Shown: positions 1 through 35,760 of the stretch, one piece after another | How positions within the stretch are numbered: position 1 is the first letter of the stretch | Layout of the letters: the number at the start of each line of letters is the position of its first letter | Source of the DNA: Chrysomallon squamiferum | Taxonomy: Eukaryota; Animalia; Mollusca | Reading direction: 5' to 3' | DNA length: 64,000 bases | Assembly: GCA_012295275.1 (NCBI GenBank) | Contig: CM022672.1 | Span: 13,516,001 to 13,580,000 of the forward strand | Position numbers and translations under genes: made by a program | The notes under the pieces: model-generated | Database searches by the model: none | What the model saw: only the letters and a program-made list of their open reading frames with translations | Told to the model about the DNA's origin: nothing

Positions 1-74
1 ATTACAAGATTTTTCAGTGATGTTCCAATAACTTCAAGAGGAGCTGAAATTTAGATTATTTTTAAACATTTATT

Positions 75-242
75 GACTGATAACATAGCATTTATTTAGT
101 AATTATAAATGCGTTTTGCCTGAAAACATAACAGTTTTTTTAGTAATTATATACACATTTTGCCTGATAACATAACAGTTATTTAGTAATTTTATATGCA
201 TTTTGCCTGATAACATAACAGTTATTTAGTAATTATACATAC
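75..242 (+). repeat. ~43-45-bp tandem repeat x4
   Basis: ttttgcctgataacataacagttatttagtaattata repeated. Confidence 0.8.
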
Positions 243-561
243 GTTTAAATGCTCCGAAATGCATAATGTTATAACTGTCTGTGATCCAGAAATTGCATTT
301 AAATTTGCTAGATAACACCATGCAAAGTAATTAACTTCAACGTTAAACCCTGTAATATGACTCTTTTTTTTTCTTTCTTTTTTTCTATTCGGGAATATAT
401 AAAGAATAAAGTTGGACCCTGTACTATCTATCACCTTTCATCTTTTCGAAAATACATAAAGTTTTAATACAAAATAAAAATAACTTCGTGAGAAGACTAA
501 AATATATTCTGATTGTAAGTTACGCTTTAAAAACTTAGCCAATCATTGACGTGTCTGTCAC

Positions 562-23476
<22,915 letters not shown>

Positions 23477-24517
23477 ATCTTTTTTTTTTTTTGTTATCAC
23501 GTTGGTTCCATCAGCAGACGGTAGAATCGTTGATATATATTTTTTTTTAATACACTTATAACATATATTTTTGTTTTGCGCACACAAAATAAGAATTCCG
23601 TTATTCACTCGTTAACTGTAAAGGTATTTGTTTTAATCCATGCTTCAGATGATGAACGTAAATTAACATACATGGACATTATTAAATATAATATATATAT
23701 ATATATATATATTTATGTATATTTAAAAAAAAGAGTAAGAAATCTGCACTTCTTGGTTATATTTCTGATTCATATATGTGAACCGTTTCTTATCGATAAT
23801 TAGTACTGTAACACCTGTGTTTGACAATGTCGCATCCAGGTAAAATACGATTTTTCTCCATTTATGATTGGCTGTCAAAGTACAATACTAATGTGATTGG
23901 CGTATGTAACATCTTGTAGAGGAATATACTTATTGATTTGATCATGTCACGATTATTCTAAATTAATAATAAAGAAAAAAAAAGAGAAAAAATGGAATCG
24001 GTACATCTCGGTCATGGATTTATTAATTTTACAATCATTCAGAAAATATTTCAGAAATTTCTTATTTATTATATTTTTGTTATTTTATTTTATTTTATTT
24101 ATTTATTTATTTATTTATTTATTATTACTACTACTACTACTACTATTTTATTAATATATATATATATATATATATTTGTGATGCATTCATCTATTAATTA
24201 ATTAATTAATTTGTTTATTGTGTTTCAATGGAGTCACGTCCTTTCAATGTCTTAATTCTTATTCGAAAGAAAAAAAAAAAAAAAAAAAAAGGAACTACTG
24301 CCACTACCACTACCAATCCTTTACTGCTGCTGTTGCTACTACTGCTATCACTACTGCTGCTTCGGCTATTTTGAATGTTCCTTCCGCACAAATAATATGA
24401 TCGGGAGTACAATTTAATTTTCCTGTCAAAGAATTGCGTGTTTAGTTGTGTTTTAATTCTAATTACAAGAGATGCTTTTCTAATTTTTGGAGGAAATTAA
24501 GATCACGTCAACTAATA
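23477..24517. promoter_or_regulatory. Candidate bidirectional promoter region between laminin gene A and PMPCA
   Basis: The divergent start codons are about 1.04 kb apart. There are two reverse CCAAT boxes (tgattgg, ~23865 and ~23894), a TCACGTCA (CRE-like) motif at ~24503, and aATGGCG (YY1-like) overlapping the PMPCA ATG. Transcription start sites are not determined. Confidence 0.45.
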
Positions 24518-27500
24518 ATGGCGACGCGCATGGCGAGTCGTATTATCAGAGCTGGAAGACAGAAATTAATTCGGTAAAATGTCTTTAACAAGCTTTTTTT
24601 CCTTCATGTTTACTTAATTGTTTTGTATTTGTGATCTATCCATTGTTGTAATTTTGCTTATTAATTTAATGTAAAGTAGAAACGTTCATCTGTAATTGTT
24701 TCATCATAATTCCTAAATTTGCAGATTGCATTATTTAAACCGACGATCAGGTTTGAAATATTTGTCGTTTTGTAAATGACCATATTTTCATCAACATTCA
24801 TATATATCTGAGGTTTTGCTTAATTTGTTTCTGATATTCAAATACTAATATTGTTTTAGCTAAGATTGTTAGTTAGAAAATTTTTAAAAAATTAAAAATT
24901 AAAAATAACACTTGTAAACACTAAAATTGGATAATCATAATACTGACAAGAAGATAATTCATTATTATTAAGAAAGTTTTATGACAGAACATCTGCTTCA
25001 AATGATACCAGTGTCTGTTTCAGTGTTTTTATATTATTAGTCTATTTTTGTATCTAAAAATGTTTTTATTTTTGCAGTGTGAAGCAGCACAGGCGTGGAT
25101 TCTGTAACAGCACTCCTGCCAGTGTTGACATTGTTTCCGTTCCATTGTCAAAGCCAGTGCCTGGATTTCCTGAACCCCAGTATGCCAGTGCTCGGACCCA
25201 GTCTGATGACACTAAAGTGACAGTTCTAGAGAATGGACTTACAGTAGCTTCAGAAAACAAGTTTGGACAGTTTTGTACAGTAGGAGGTTGGTACATAACT
25301 ATTCTCACTGTAATTCAAAGCATTTTAAAGATTTGTGACTACGCCTATAATATCAGGAATTAAAATACCAGATTTTGAGCTAGCATGGAAAATGTTTTGA
25401 AGATCACATCTGCACAGCAATGATGTTGGTGATGATGAATTTAATCATTAATGCTACAGTTCTTTGTTTTACGATGGTAGATATAGCTATGTATTTCCAA
25501 TTTTCAGAAATGAAAATGAAGAATGTTTTTAAAATGGAAAATGTTTGGTGACACTGACAAAAGCAAGTAATAGAGGACACAAACATAATTTTTTTAATTT
25601 AAAATTATTTTTTTTAATGTTTTCAGTCGTTTTAAACTCTGGATCTCGTTATGAGGTGGCTTACCCAAGTGGAATCTCACACTTTCTAGAAAAGTTGGCT
25701 TTTTGTGTAAGCATGAAATAAAACATTCATAGGTAGTAACCCATTCATACTCGCCAAATGTGTTCTTATGTCTGGATAACAGTTACTTCATTTAAATATA
25801 AATTATTTTTCTAAGGACAAATAGTGCACAGATAATTTTATCTATGTTACTTCATGTGTTAAATAATAAAATTATTACATTGAAGACATGCATATTTATA
25901 TTAAAAAAACATTTATAAAATATCTGTCCTTATAATTTATATATATTTGAACATATAATTGTAATACATATCAGAAAACAGATATTAAATTATTTAGGAG
26001 TAAGTAGTTATTATTGTTTCTTTTTCTTTAGTCTACAACACTGTTTGAAGACAGAGATCAAATTTTACAAGAACTAGAGAAACATGGAGGAATATGTGAC
26101 TGTCAGGGATCTAGGTCAGTGTTAACACATCTTGCTTGCAAATTCAAATACATTTTTGTTAAATTAATAAACCTTTAAAGGATGAAGGTAATTAACCTGC
26201 TTATAAAATAATCGTCTTTGGCAAGATCAACTATTACTCTTTATTTCATCAGACATTCGGAACTGTATATTAAAAAAAAACACCTTTTAATCGTTATGCG
26301 AAGAATACACTGATTACAGAAAGACAAATGTTTATACAGTACAATACTTCCACCATGAAAATGCATTTAATGCTGTCAAATAAGTGTCCTTTTCACTGTT
26401 TAGTAAAGATATTTAAATGTTTTACTGAATTTATTAAGTAATAATGTTGTGTTTTCCAGGGACACTCTGATTTATGCTGCATCTGCAGAGACAACTGGTC
26501 TTCCCAGTGTGATGAACATTCTGTCTGAAGTCATCCTTAGGCCAAGGATCACCCAGGATGAAGTAAATTTTCTCATAATTTGTTTCACATCTTCATTCTG
26601 ATAAAACAAGGTCCTGCAGTCAGTATTTGCATCCATTCAAAAATACCTTTTTGGTTTAATGGCTGTATTGTTTTTATTTATGTAAAATAATCGCATTCAT
26701 ATTCATATTGTTTGTTGGGATTTTTCTGTGGTTTTATTTTTATTATTTTTTAATTACTAGCATATATTATTTCAAATATTATTGCATAAAATATTTATTT
26801 TATCTTTACTCAAAGAAAGATGTCATACTATAACAATTTTATTGTGTAACAGTAATAACAGTAATAAATACCATTAATCAAAGTTGTAGATAAGGTCAGT
26901 CATACTTTATATTCTAACATTATACCATTTCGTTTTTCTAAAAGTTGGATCAAGCAAGACAAGCAATTTCATTTGAACTAGAAAACTTGCAGATGAGACC
27001 TGATCCCGAGCCTCTGCTCATGGAGATGATTCATGCTGTAAGTTAAACATACATGATGTAACATCTCAAAATTTTATGTATCACTGATTATATTTTAACT
27101 TTTTAAGTGTATTTCTGCTAATGTATTCAAAATATATTCTGAATAATTCCACAGTTGTTGAGGTTTTTTGTGTATGTGTTATCCAGTCTTCATTAAAGTG
27201 TACTTTTTGTGATGTGGTCAAAAATATATTATTCATATTTTCAAGTTATGTTTTCTTTTTGCTGTCTTAATTAAAGTTTGATAAAAAAAAAAATTAAAAA
27301 AACCCCAGTCCAAATAGATTCTATGTATTTGTTGGTTATGTTTCTTTTCTTCCCTTTCTTCTTCTTTTTATATTATTATTTTTATTTATTTTTGTAAAAA
27401 AAAATTAGTTGTTATTATTATTATTAATATTAATTTATTTTTTTAGAAAGAAGTATATTCAAATATATATTGCAATGTGGCAAAAATTATTAGGAGTTTG

Positions 27501-30500
27501 GATATTAAATCCAGTTTACCATATTAACTTTGGTAGAATATTATTATTAAAATAATCACTAGCTTACACAAATCACCACCAAATACATTTAGTTGTGTAT
27601 TTGTGTCTCCAGGCTGCTTACAGAGACAATACGCTAGGATTACCAAAGTTCTGTCCCGAGGAAAACATCGGCTTGATTTCACAGAAAATAATGTACACAT
27701 ACCTGAAGAACTTTCACACCCGGAGAGGATGGTTGTGGCTGGGGTGGGGATTGATCACCAGCGACTCGTCGACTTGGCTAAAGAACACTTCATTGACAGA
27801 CGGATGCCAGTGTGGACAGAAAACAAACACTTCATTGACGACAGCAAAACTGTGGATACATCAATTTCCCAGTACACTGGAGGAATTGTTAAGGTAAATA
27901 AGTAAATACATATCTGATTGTGTATAGGGATTAAGATATCTTTAAAAAAAAAAAAATGATAATAATAATTTTTTTTATCTGAATTGATATTTCAGTTTGT
28001 TATAATAGTTTTGTAAATCACATACCAGACCATTTATCCAGCTGGTTTGGGATCTTCTGGATTTCTCATTATTTTCATGTTTTCTGGACCACTTTTTAAT
28101 ATATATTAAATAAACAGTAAAAGACTAAAGACAAAATTGTTTTTAACAGACACAAATTAATACACTTTTAAAGCTGGTTTTCAAGAAGATGAATAAATTG
28201 TCTGGTACCTGTAATAATAATAATAATAATTTACTGCTGAATCTTAATTTGTTTGTATTATGATTGTAACCAGAAAATTAACATCTTTAAACAGGATTCT
28301 GTATTCCATTGATTATGAACTTTCTTAATATATTAGATCTTTCACTGGATTTAATGTTTGTTTATTTCTTTTCCTTTTTTTTTAAGCATAAATATGCACT
28401 GATATTATATATTAAGTAAACTGATTAATATTTTTAAGGGGGAAAAAATATCTTGAAAATAATAGGAAAATATTAGTTATTGTTGTTTCTTCAGAGAACT
28501 TTAAAATGTCCTTGTTTTGTTTTAGCTTGCAGTTTCTTTAGGATATGACTGTGTTTTTCCATTCCTAATTTTGTTTGATGTGCCTTCATAAAAACTGGTT
28601 AATGATTAAGTGTTTTGACTACAGGTGGAGAAAGATTTATCGGATGTCAGTTTGGGGCCAACTCCTATACCAGAATTAGCTCATGTTGTGATTGGCTTGG
28701 AGAGCTGTTCTCACAAAGATCCTGACTTCATCCCATTCTGTGTGTTAAACATGTTGATGGGAGGAGGTGGATCCTTCTCTGCTGGGGGTCCTGGGAAGGG
28801 GATGTACACTCGTCTTTACCTGAATGTACTCAACAGGTAAACAAAATTTGTGAATGGAAGAATTTTCGTAGTTGAAATTATTAGATACGTCTTTATTTTT
28901 CAGTTGGTGATTGTTCTGAATTGAGTTTCTAGTTATTACTTCGGAAAATACAGTTATTCAAAAAATTCAATCAATTGTTAAAGATTGATTTTCTAACTAC
29001 TGAAGACAAAATAAAATGTTGGATTTAATCAGTGAAAATTATTAGGTTTATAAACATTTCTTCTTTTTTTGTAAATTTAGTTCCCGATTATTTCCTCAAA
29101 AAATTACAAATATTTAAATGAATTTTTAATAAAGTCTTTTCTCACAAGTATGGGGTCTTTATAAATCACATATTAACAACACAATGAACATTTTCCTTTT
29201 AATAATGATGTATGAAGGTTTTGTCTTTCAAGCAGCATCCATTTGTGGAATGATAAAACATACATTTCTATTTTTAAAACAAATGTTAAATACTTCTTCA
29301 CAGTATGCAATATTTTGTGAGATTTTAGCTATGTTATTCTGTATCTGCAGATATCACTGGATGTACAGTGCTACAGCTTATAACCATGCCTATGAAGACA
29401 GCGGATTATTTTGCATCCATGCAAGTGCTCATCCATCAAAGGTAAGATTATAAAACATTATTTTGTTGATGACTTTTATTTTTGCTGATACCAGGCAAAC
29501 ACTGGAGATTTGAGGGTTTTTTCTGTTGTTTTTCTTTGTTTTTTTAAGTTTATTTTTTTATTTTGTGATTAATAAGGATGTGTTTAATGTTTAACACATA
29601 TTGTTTTATTTAAAGTTTTTATATTTTTACTTAAAAACAAAAAAATTAGAAATTTTGTTACTGACTAAACTCAAAATTTTTCCTTTCAGCTGAAAGATCT
29701 GGTAGAAGTTGTTGTGAAGGAATTTGTTAATATGGCTGGAAAAATTCACCCCGTAAGTAAATATCATGGAATGAATATAGTTTCTATGCTTGGCTCTGTA
29801 TTATTTAATAAATAAAACTTCATTTTTTTGAATACATTAAATATAAACTGTATTTAAATGTGTTTAATACATGCAAATACTCACTGACTTAGTCTGATAT
29901 AAAATATAATTATCATAATTATATAAGACTGCATCATTAATGCTACTTTTATAAACAAAAATCCCCTGAGAAATGACAGTAAATACATTGCCTGTTACAC
30001 ATAACTTTAAAAAACACATTAAAAAGTTATATATGTTTATTTTGTTTAATCAGGATGAACTGCAGCGAGCTAAGAGACAGCTGCAGTCGATGTTGATGAT
30101 GAATTTGGAGGCAAGGCCTGTTGTGTTTGAGGACATTGGTCGTCAAGTGCTGGCCAATGGTCATCGCAAACAACCAAGTTATTTCTATGAGGAAATAGGT
30201 AAAAAAAAGAAATTAATAATATTTAAGTTCCTTTGGTGATCATTTTGATGTTCCCTGTTAAGATTTAACAAAAGGGTTCTAACATATGAAATGCATATAT
30301 TATCCTTGATATCGTTAGCAGCTGATCTTGTAACTGTAGGACACAATATTTTGAGCTATAACAGAATCTCTGGTAAATGATATCTTGTTTTAATCAGTCG
30401 AGTGTCATATCATCATCTACCATAGTTCAGTTGTTTAGCAGTTAAATGGCAATACAAACCTCACCACTGAACATTTTTGTTCAAAATCTGGTTGAAATTG

Positions 30501-30920
30501 TTTAAAATTCTGTGTGCAGAGGTTCATTAATTTTGTTACTTTAGTTAAATATATAATTCATGATTAACAAAACGCACCCCTCATTTGTGTAAATAAACTG
30601 AAACAAAATTAGCAAAGGACTTAGTCTGATTATATTTGATCCTATTTACAACAATTTATTTAATGAGAATTTTGTTTTTTAGCATTAATACATTTTTGGT
30701 TGTTACTCAGTAACGAAATTTATTTTCATTTTTGTTTTTATTTTTCACAGAAAAGATTACTGCAGATGACATCAAACGAGCAGCATCACGAATGTTGCGA
30801 TGTAAGCCGGCTGTCGCTGGCTACGGCACGCTGCAGCAACTACCTAGCTACAGTGACATCGAGTCAGCACTCTTGACTCGCGACGGGAAAATGTCAAAAC
30901 GATTCTCATTGTTTAGGTGA
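24518..30920 (+). CDS. PMPCA: Mitochondrial processing peptidase alpha subunit (M16 family), about 528 aa
   Basis: Exons 24518-24573, 25078-25286, 25627-25706, 26032-26114, 26460-26562, 26945-27037, 27613-27893, 28625-28836, 29351-29441, 29690-29752, 30054-30198, 30751-30920, all GT-AG. Arg-rich presequence [19 protein letters not shown]; [25 protein letters not shown]; [12 protein letters not shown]; glycine-rich loop [26 protein letters not shown]; [21 protein letters not shown]. There is one 1-nt frameshift near 27720. Confidence 0.96.
28018..28213. mobile_element. Small MITE-like element in PMPCA intron 7; related fragment at ~40410-40500
   Basis: Left taccagaccatttatcca matches the reverse complement of the right end (tacaggtaccagacaatttattca). 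The 40410-40500 segment ends in a similar gataattggtccggtacctgta. Confidence 0.45.
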
Positions 30921-31427
30921 TTTTGACAAACAGAAACAGTTTGGAAGCCAAAGGTCTTGAGAAAAAGAGATTGTCAATCATCACAGAAAAAAAAGGAAAA
31001 CCAAAAATAACCTGTGAAAAAAAACTATCATATTTGTGTGTTTTGAGACATTGATAAATATAAATGTTCTTTGTAATATGTAATATTTCTGAAACTTGTT
31101 TTCAAGAGAGATGTTGTGAGCTGTGTTTGTTCAAGGGGTTGAAGAATACGTTTTCAGAATACTGATTCTGAATGTTTTCGTTTCCCCAGCGAAATTGATT
31201 GTAGATAAGTAGATGTTATTAACTGATTTGTTTGGAATGTAAATAGTCATTGCAAGAAGAACTTTTGAAACTTTTCCATCATCTTGTGTCTTCTATATAC
31301 AGAGTATTGTAATCAAATTAATTCTCTTTTTATACCTACTGAATTAATTCATTCTAGATCGATAAATAGAATATTAATCCTTTGAAATTAACTTTTTAAC
31401 CATTATATAAAATACTGCAAAAAGTTC

Positions 31428-31433
31428 AATAAA
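31428..31433 (+). terminator. Candidate PMPCA polyadenylation signal AATAAA
   Basis: AATAAA about 500 nt after the stop codon, followed by a T-rich/GT-rich tract. Confidence 0.4.
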
Positions 31434-31627
31434 ATTTTTTTTTTTCATTTATTTGTTGTTTATATTTATTTTGAACACGTTAATGGTTAAGTTATTGAAC
31501 GATCAGAAAATAAATTTTAACTGATAATTTGGAATAATGGTCTGTTTAAATAAGTTCATTTGACTTGAATGTGCACAAAGCTATTAAATTTTAAACAAAA
31601 TTTTGAGTAGCCAATACATTTTTAATG

Positions 31628-31666
<39 letters not shown>

Positions 31667-32061
31667 CCACACATCCATCCATCCATCTGTACATACAGTA
31701 CCAGTACAGTTCACCTCACTCTGCTTTTTATTTTATTATTAACAATGTGATTTTTATATAACAATATCTATATGGAACAAGATTTCACAGCTGTCGATAA
31801 CTAGGTTACTTTTATTGATTAAATCGAATGATCCTCTCTAAGCGCAAATCAGTGGTAAAAAATAATGTGAATTAAAATAATATTGGCAAATAATTTTCAG
31901 TTGATGACGTCTCGTCTACGGGAAGGTAAAGTTAGCAGTAACCTTGGGTATTTTGCCAAAATATTTATAAAACATCATCATCATCATCATTATTATTAAA
32001 CAAATTTATTTGTATACCTATTGTTTCATTCTCTTGTAGTATGTGTATCAAAGTAATTTAG

Positions 32062-32096
<35 letters not shown>

Positions 32097-33459
32097 GAAA
32101 AAATCCTCGTTTATTGTTACTCGGTTGTTTTTTTGCTGTTGTTGAGGTTGTATGTGTGTGCTGTGCTGTACATCTGTGTAAGAGAGAGAGAGAAAAACAC
32201 GTTTTTAATAATAACAATTAATTACCAACCTTTTCCTTCAGCATTTCAAACAGATTACGATAATTTCGTCAGATATTTAATAATAGATCGCATTTCTTTG
32301 TCATCATACCACGTGTCGCTAACATTTGAAGTAGAAAGGGGCGTTACTTCAAAAGAAAACGCCCACTACTTAACCACGCCTCTTTAGCTGAAGTCCGGCC
32401 CCATAAGAACGTTATATTAAAAGATACAATAGTTCTTTACAATAATAAAAGAATATAATGACGATTTAGATAAAACTGAATTAATTATTCTTGTCTGCAG
32501 TTTATCAGTAGAAATCTAAAGATGTTCTAATACATACGTATTTTTGAGTAAAGTAATTTGTTAAGAAGACAAAAGCAACATAAATGCCATCAAAAAAACT
32601 ATAATCATTAATTGCAATGACTAACACAATACCAGTGACTATTACCGATCATTTTATGAGTAAATATATACTGAGCGGTAAAATCGACCGCATGCTGGAC
32701 TGTGTGTGTAACACATGTTGCCAGTAAACCGTTAGAAATATCGGATCAGTTAGTGGTTGCGCGAACTGAATAAATTGTTGTATGTGAAAAATGTAGAAGT
32801 TCGCTTGAAATATAATTATGTCTCTCTTTAGATCTAAAAAGTGTGTGTTCGTACTGCGTTAAGGAGAAACGTTTTCAAACGCTGACGTTGCAGAATAAGG
32901 AACGATTAAAATTTAAGTGAGATATTACAAAATCAGTATACAGGAAATGCTTTGATTTGACATTTACCAATGTGCTTATTAAATTCTGGACTATAAATTT
33001 TATACATTATTACCTTGAAGCTGGCAATAAAGGAGTCGAAGACCATTGTGGACTATATATTTTTGAAACTATAAATACTAAAGTTTAAATTCGTCTTATT
33101 AAGAATCTTGTAATTAGAGAAACGATTGAGAGGAAAACAAACTGGTTTTGCCTCGTGGACCGATTTGTTCTTCAAACCGTAGATCTTGTGTCTTAAACCA
33201 TTTTCAGAACAAACGTATATATTAGACTGCTGACACAGAAGAAGAAATTGGTATAACTTCAAACGGCGAAATTTAATTCTTAGCCCTTCGTAAAAAGAAA
33301 GGTTTCAATCACAGGTGATAAAGATGAAATATTTGAATTAATCTCGTAGATTTTATTCTTCTGTAAGAAATCTGTAATCAGTAGAAATCAATTTTATACT
33401 CTTCTGCTGCAATGCTGGAAAAATTCTCCGTAGAAATTTAATAGCGTGTTCTTGTCAAA

Positions 33460-34122
33460 ATGGAACAAAAAGCACAATTACTGCTTGTTTTGGGATTATT
33501 TCTTTTACCTGCTGCTTGCAACAGTCAGAATTCTTGCAGCAATGCGATGGGTTGTTTTCCACGAGAAGAAAAACTCTTTAGTCAAGGAAGCAAATATCCC
33601 CTCAGGTCAGTTAATGTTACTTCAACATGTCCCAACGGTCAGACGTTCAAAACAGTGCAAACTTCTGACAACAAGACTTACACCTGTTCTTCCAACGATC
33701 TGCAGGCCTCGAACATGCTGGACAAAGTCACAAAACAAATACAAATACCTTCATCAATGACGGTAAAGGTTCCTAATTTCGAAACGTACTGGATGTCCAA
33801 AATTCCACCTTCAAACGAAGCGATAACATTAAATCTAACCAATGTTTTTCTGATAAACAAAATCTCCATATCGTTCATCTCCCCGCATGCTGATCCGAAT
33901 ACTGTCTCAGATTCTCGACCAAAATCTCTGGCCATTGAAAAATTTGATGACAAATCTAAGTCGTGGTCTGGCCTGCTGTATGTCGCGGAGAAATGTGGTG
34001 ACTTTCCAAATGTTGCCCCTTTACCTGCAGTTGGGGCCAATTATGACGCTTCTGCAGTTTATTGCAAGGAATCTCAGTTCGGCGGGGACAAGAAATCTCA
34101 ACTGACAGGCAACATCCAAAAG
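33460..34122 (+). CDS. Gene B exon 1: signal peptide plus most of a divergent LN domain
   Basis: 237-aa ORF with a hydrophobic N-terminus, [14 protein letters not shown] and [14 protein letters not shown]; donor AAG|gtaaag. Confidence 0.9.
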
Positions 34123-34208
34123 GTAAAGTGCGATGTTTTTGAAAGAATATTGACGAATGATGTTGAATTTTGAATGTTTAATCTGCTCCTAATGAGAACG
34201 GTTCAGAC

Positions 34209-34303
<95 letters not shown>

Positions 34304-34351
34304 AATTGTGATGTTAATATATGCCTATATTAATAAGTTTATTTATTTATT

Positions 34352-34387
<36 letters not shown>

Positions 34388-34388
34388 T

Positions 34389-34434
<46 letters not shown>

Positions 34435-34677
34435 GAACGCTTAGTATGTACTGAATCATTTATGTATAGCGTCTGGTTTCCTGGGTATAATATTACGGGA
34501 AGGTGTAGTTAAGGATTCCTTGCTACTATATGAAAAAGAGTAGCTCGACGTATCAAAACTGAATTCATTAATCACAATAGTATAAAGTCAGAAAAGCGTT
34601 GATGATTAAAAAGGAATTGTCTGCAATGACGTATTTCTTCCCGTTCATATCGTTACTGTCACCATCGTCATCATCAG

Positions 34678-34719
<42 letters not shown>

Positions 34720-35312
34720 CTTTCAGGTTGATTTCCACCCCAGTTTGGACTTCAGTAACGAATTTTACATGTCCCCTAAAGTACAACGTCATTTTATGAC
34801 TTCTTCCTTGAGAGTTCGTCTGGTGAAACCCGCGCTAACGGAAGCTTTGCGAAATTACTTCGCAGTAGCCGATGTTTCTGTTTTGGGCACCTGTGCGTGT
34901 TTTGGCCACGCAGCCTCATGTACAGGCCCGGTAGGTGTAAATTATTATTATTATTAATAAAGACATTTAATATATTTTTTTTTATTTTTTTATTTTTTTT
35001 AAATTATTCATCTTTAAATTCACGTGTGCGGCATATCATGTCACATTTGTCCCGTCAGTCTAAGTTAACCATGGAAGGTTTAAGAATTGACGCAATTTAC
35101 ACATTTTTATTTATTTGTTTTATTTATTTATTTTTTATTTTATTTTTTTTTTTTTTATTATTTTTTTTAATCATAAAACACTTCTATACGTATTCCGGTT
35201 TACAGTTAATTTGAAATTTATAAAGTCAGTTCATTTAAAGCAGAACAAAAAAAAAAAAAAAAAAAAAGTTAATGTTCAGCTGTATTGAATTTTCATTAAA
35301 TTTTATGAATTG

Positions 35313-35344
<32 letters not shown>

Positions 35345-35727
35345 ATGAAATTACCGTGAATGAATAAAGTTGTAAGTTCACATTTGTTTTGTTTTTTTAA
35401 TTATTTTACACACAAACTTTATTATTAGCAAAGATTGGTTTGGAAGAAAAAAACACCTTATCTTTAGCCCATCTTTATGTATTATAACTGATGTTAAATT
35501 TCTAAATGGTTTTACACATTATATATCATCATCATCTTCATTTTCATTTTCTTCAGAATAATGATCAGTGTGTTTGTGGACACAATACAGAAGGTGCCCA
35601 CTGTGAGAAGTGTAAGCCTCTCTATAACAACCGCACTTGGCAGATGGGCACAAATGAGGCAGCCAACGAATGTCAAGGTATTTTGTAAGATCTCTTTAAA
35701 CAACAACAACAATAATACAATAATAGT

Positions 35728-35760
<33 letters not shown>

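Noticed and set aside
23477-23608. Upstream in-frame ATG extending gene A by 44 aa
   Set aside because: The extension runs through A-homopolymers and pushes the signal peptide further from the N-terminus. ATG 23476 is preferred, but the true start is unverified.
24518-30920. PMPCA or laminin A as pseudogenes because of frameshifts
   Set aside because: Each has a single homopolymer indel with all other exons, splice sites and motifs intact, which fits sequencing error better.
33678-34040. 120-aa minus-strand ORF overlapping gene B exon 1
   Set aside because: Antisense shadow of a real coding exon.
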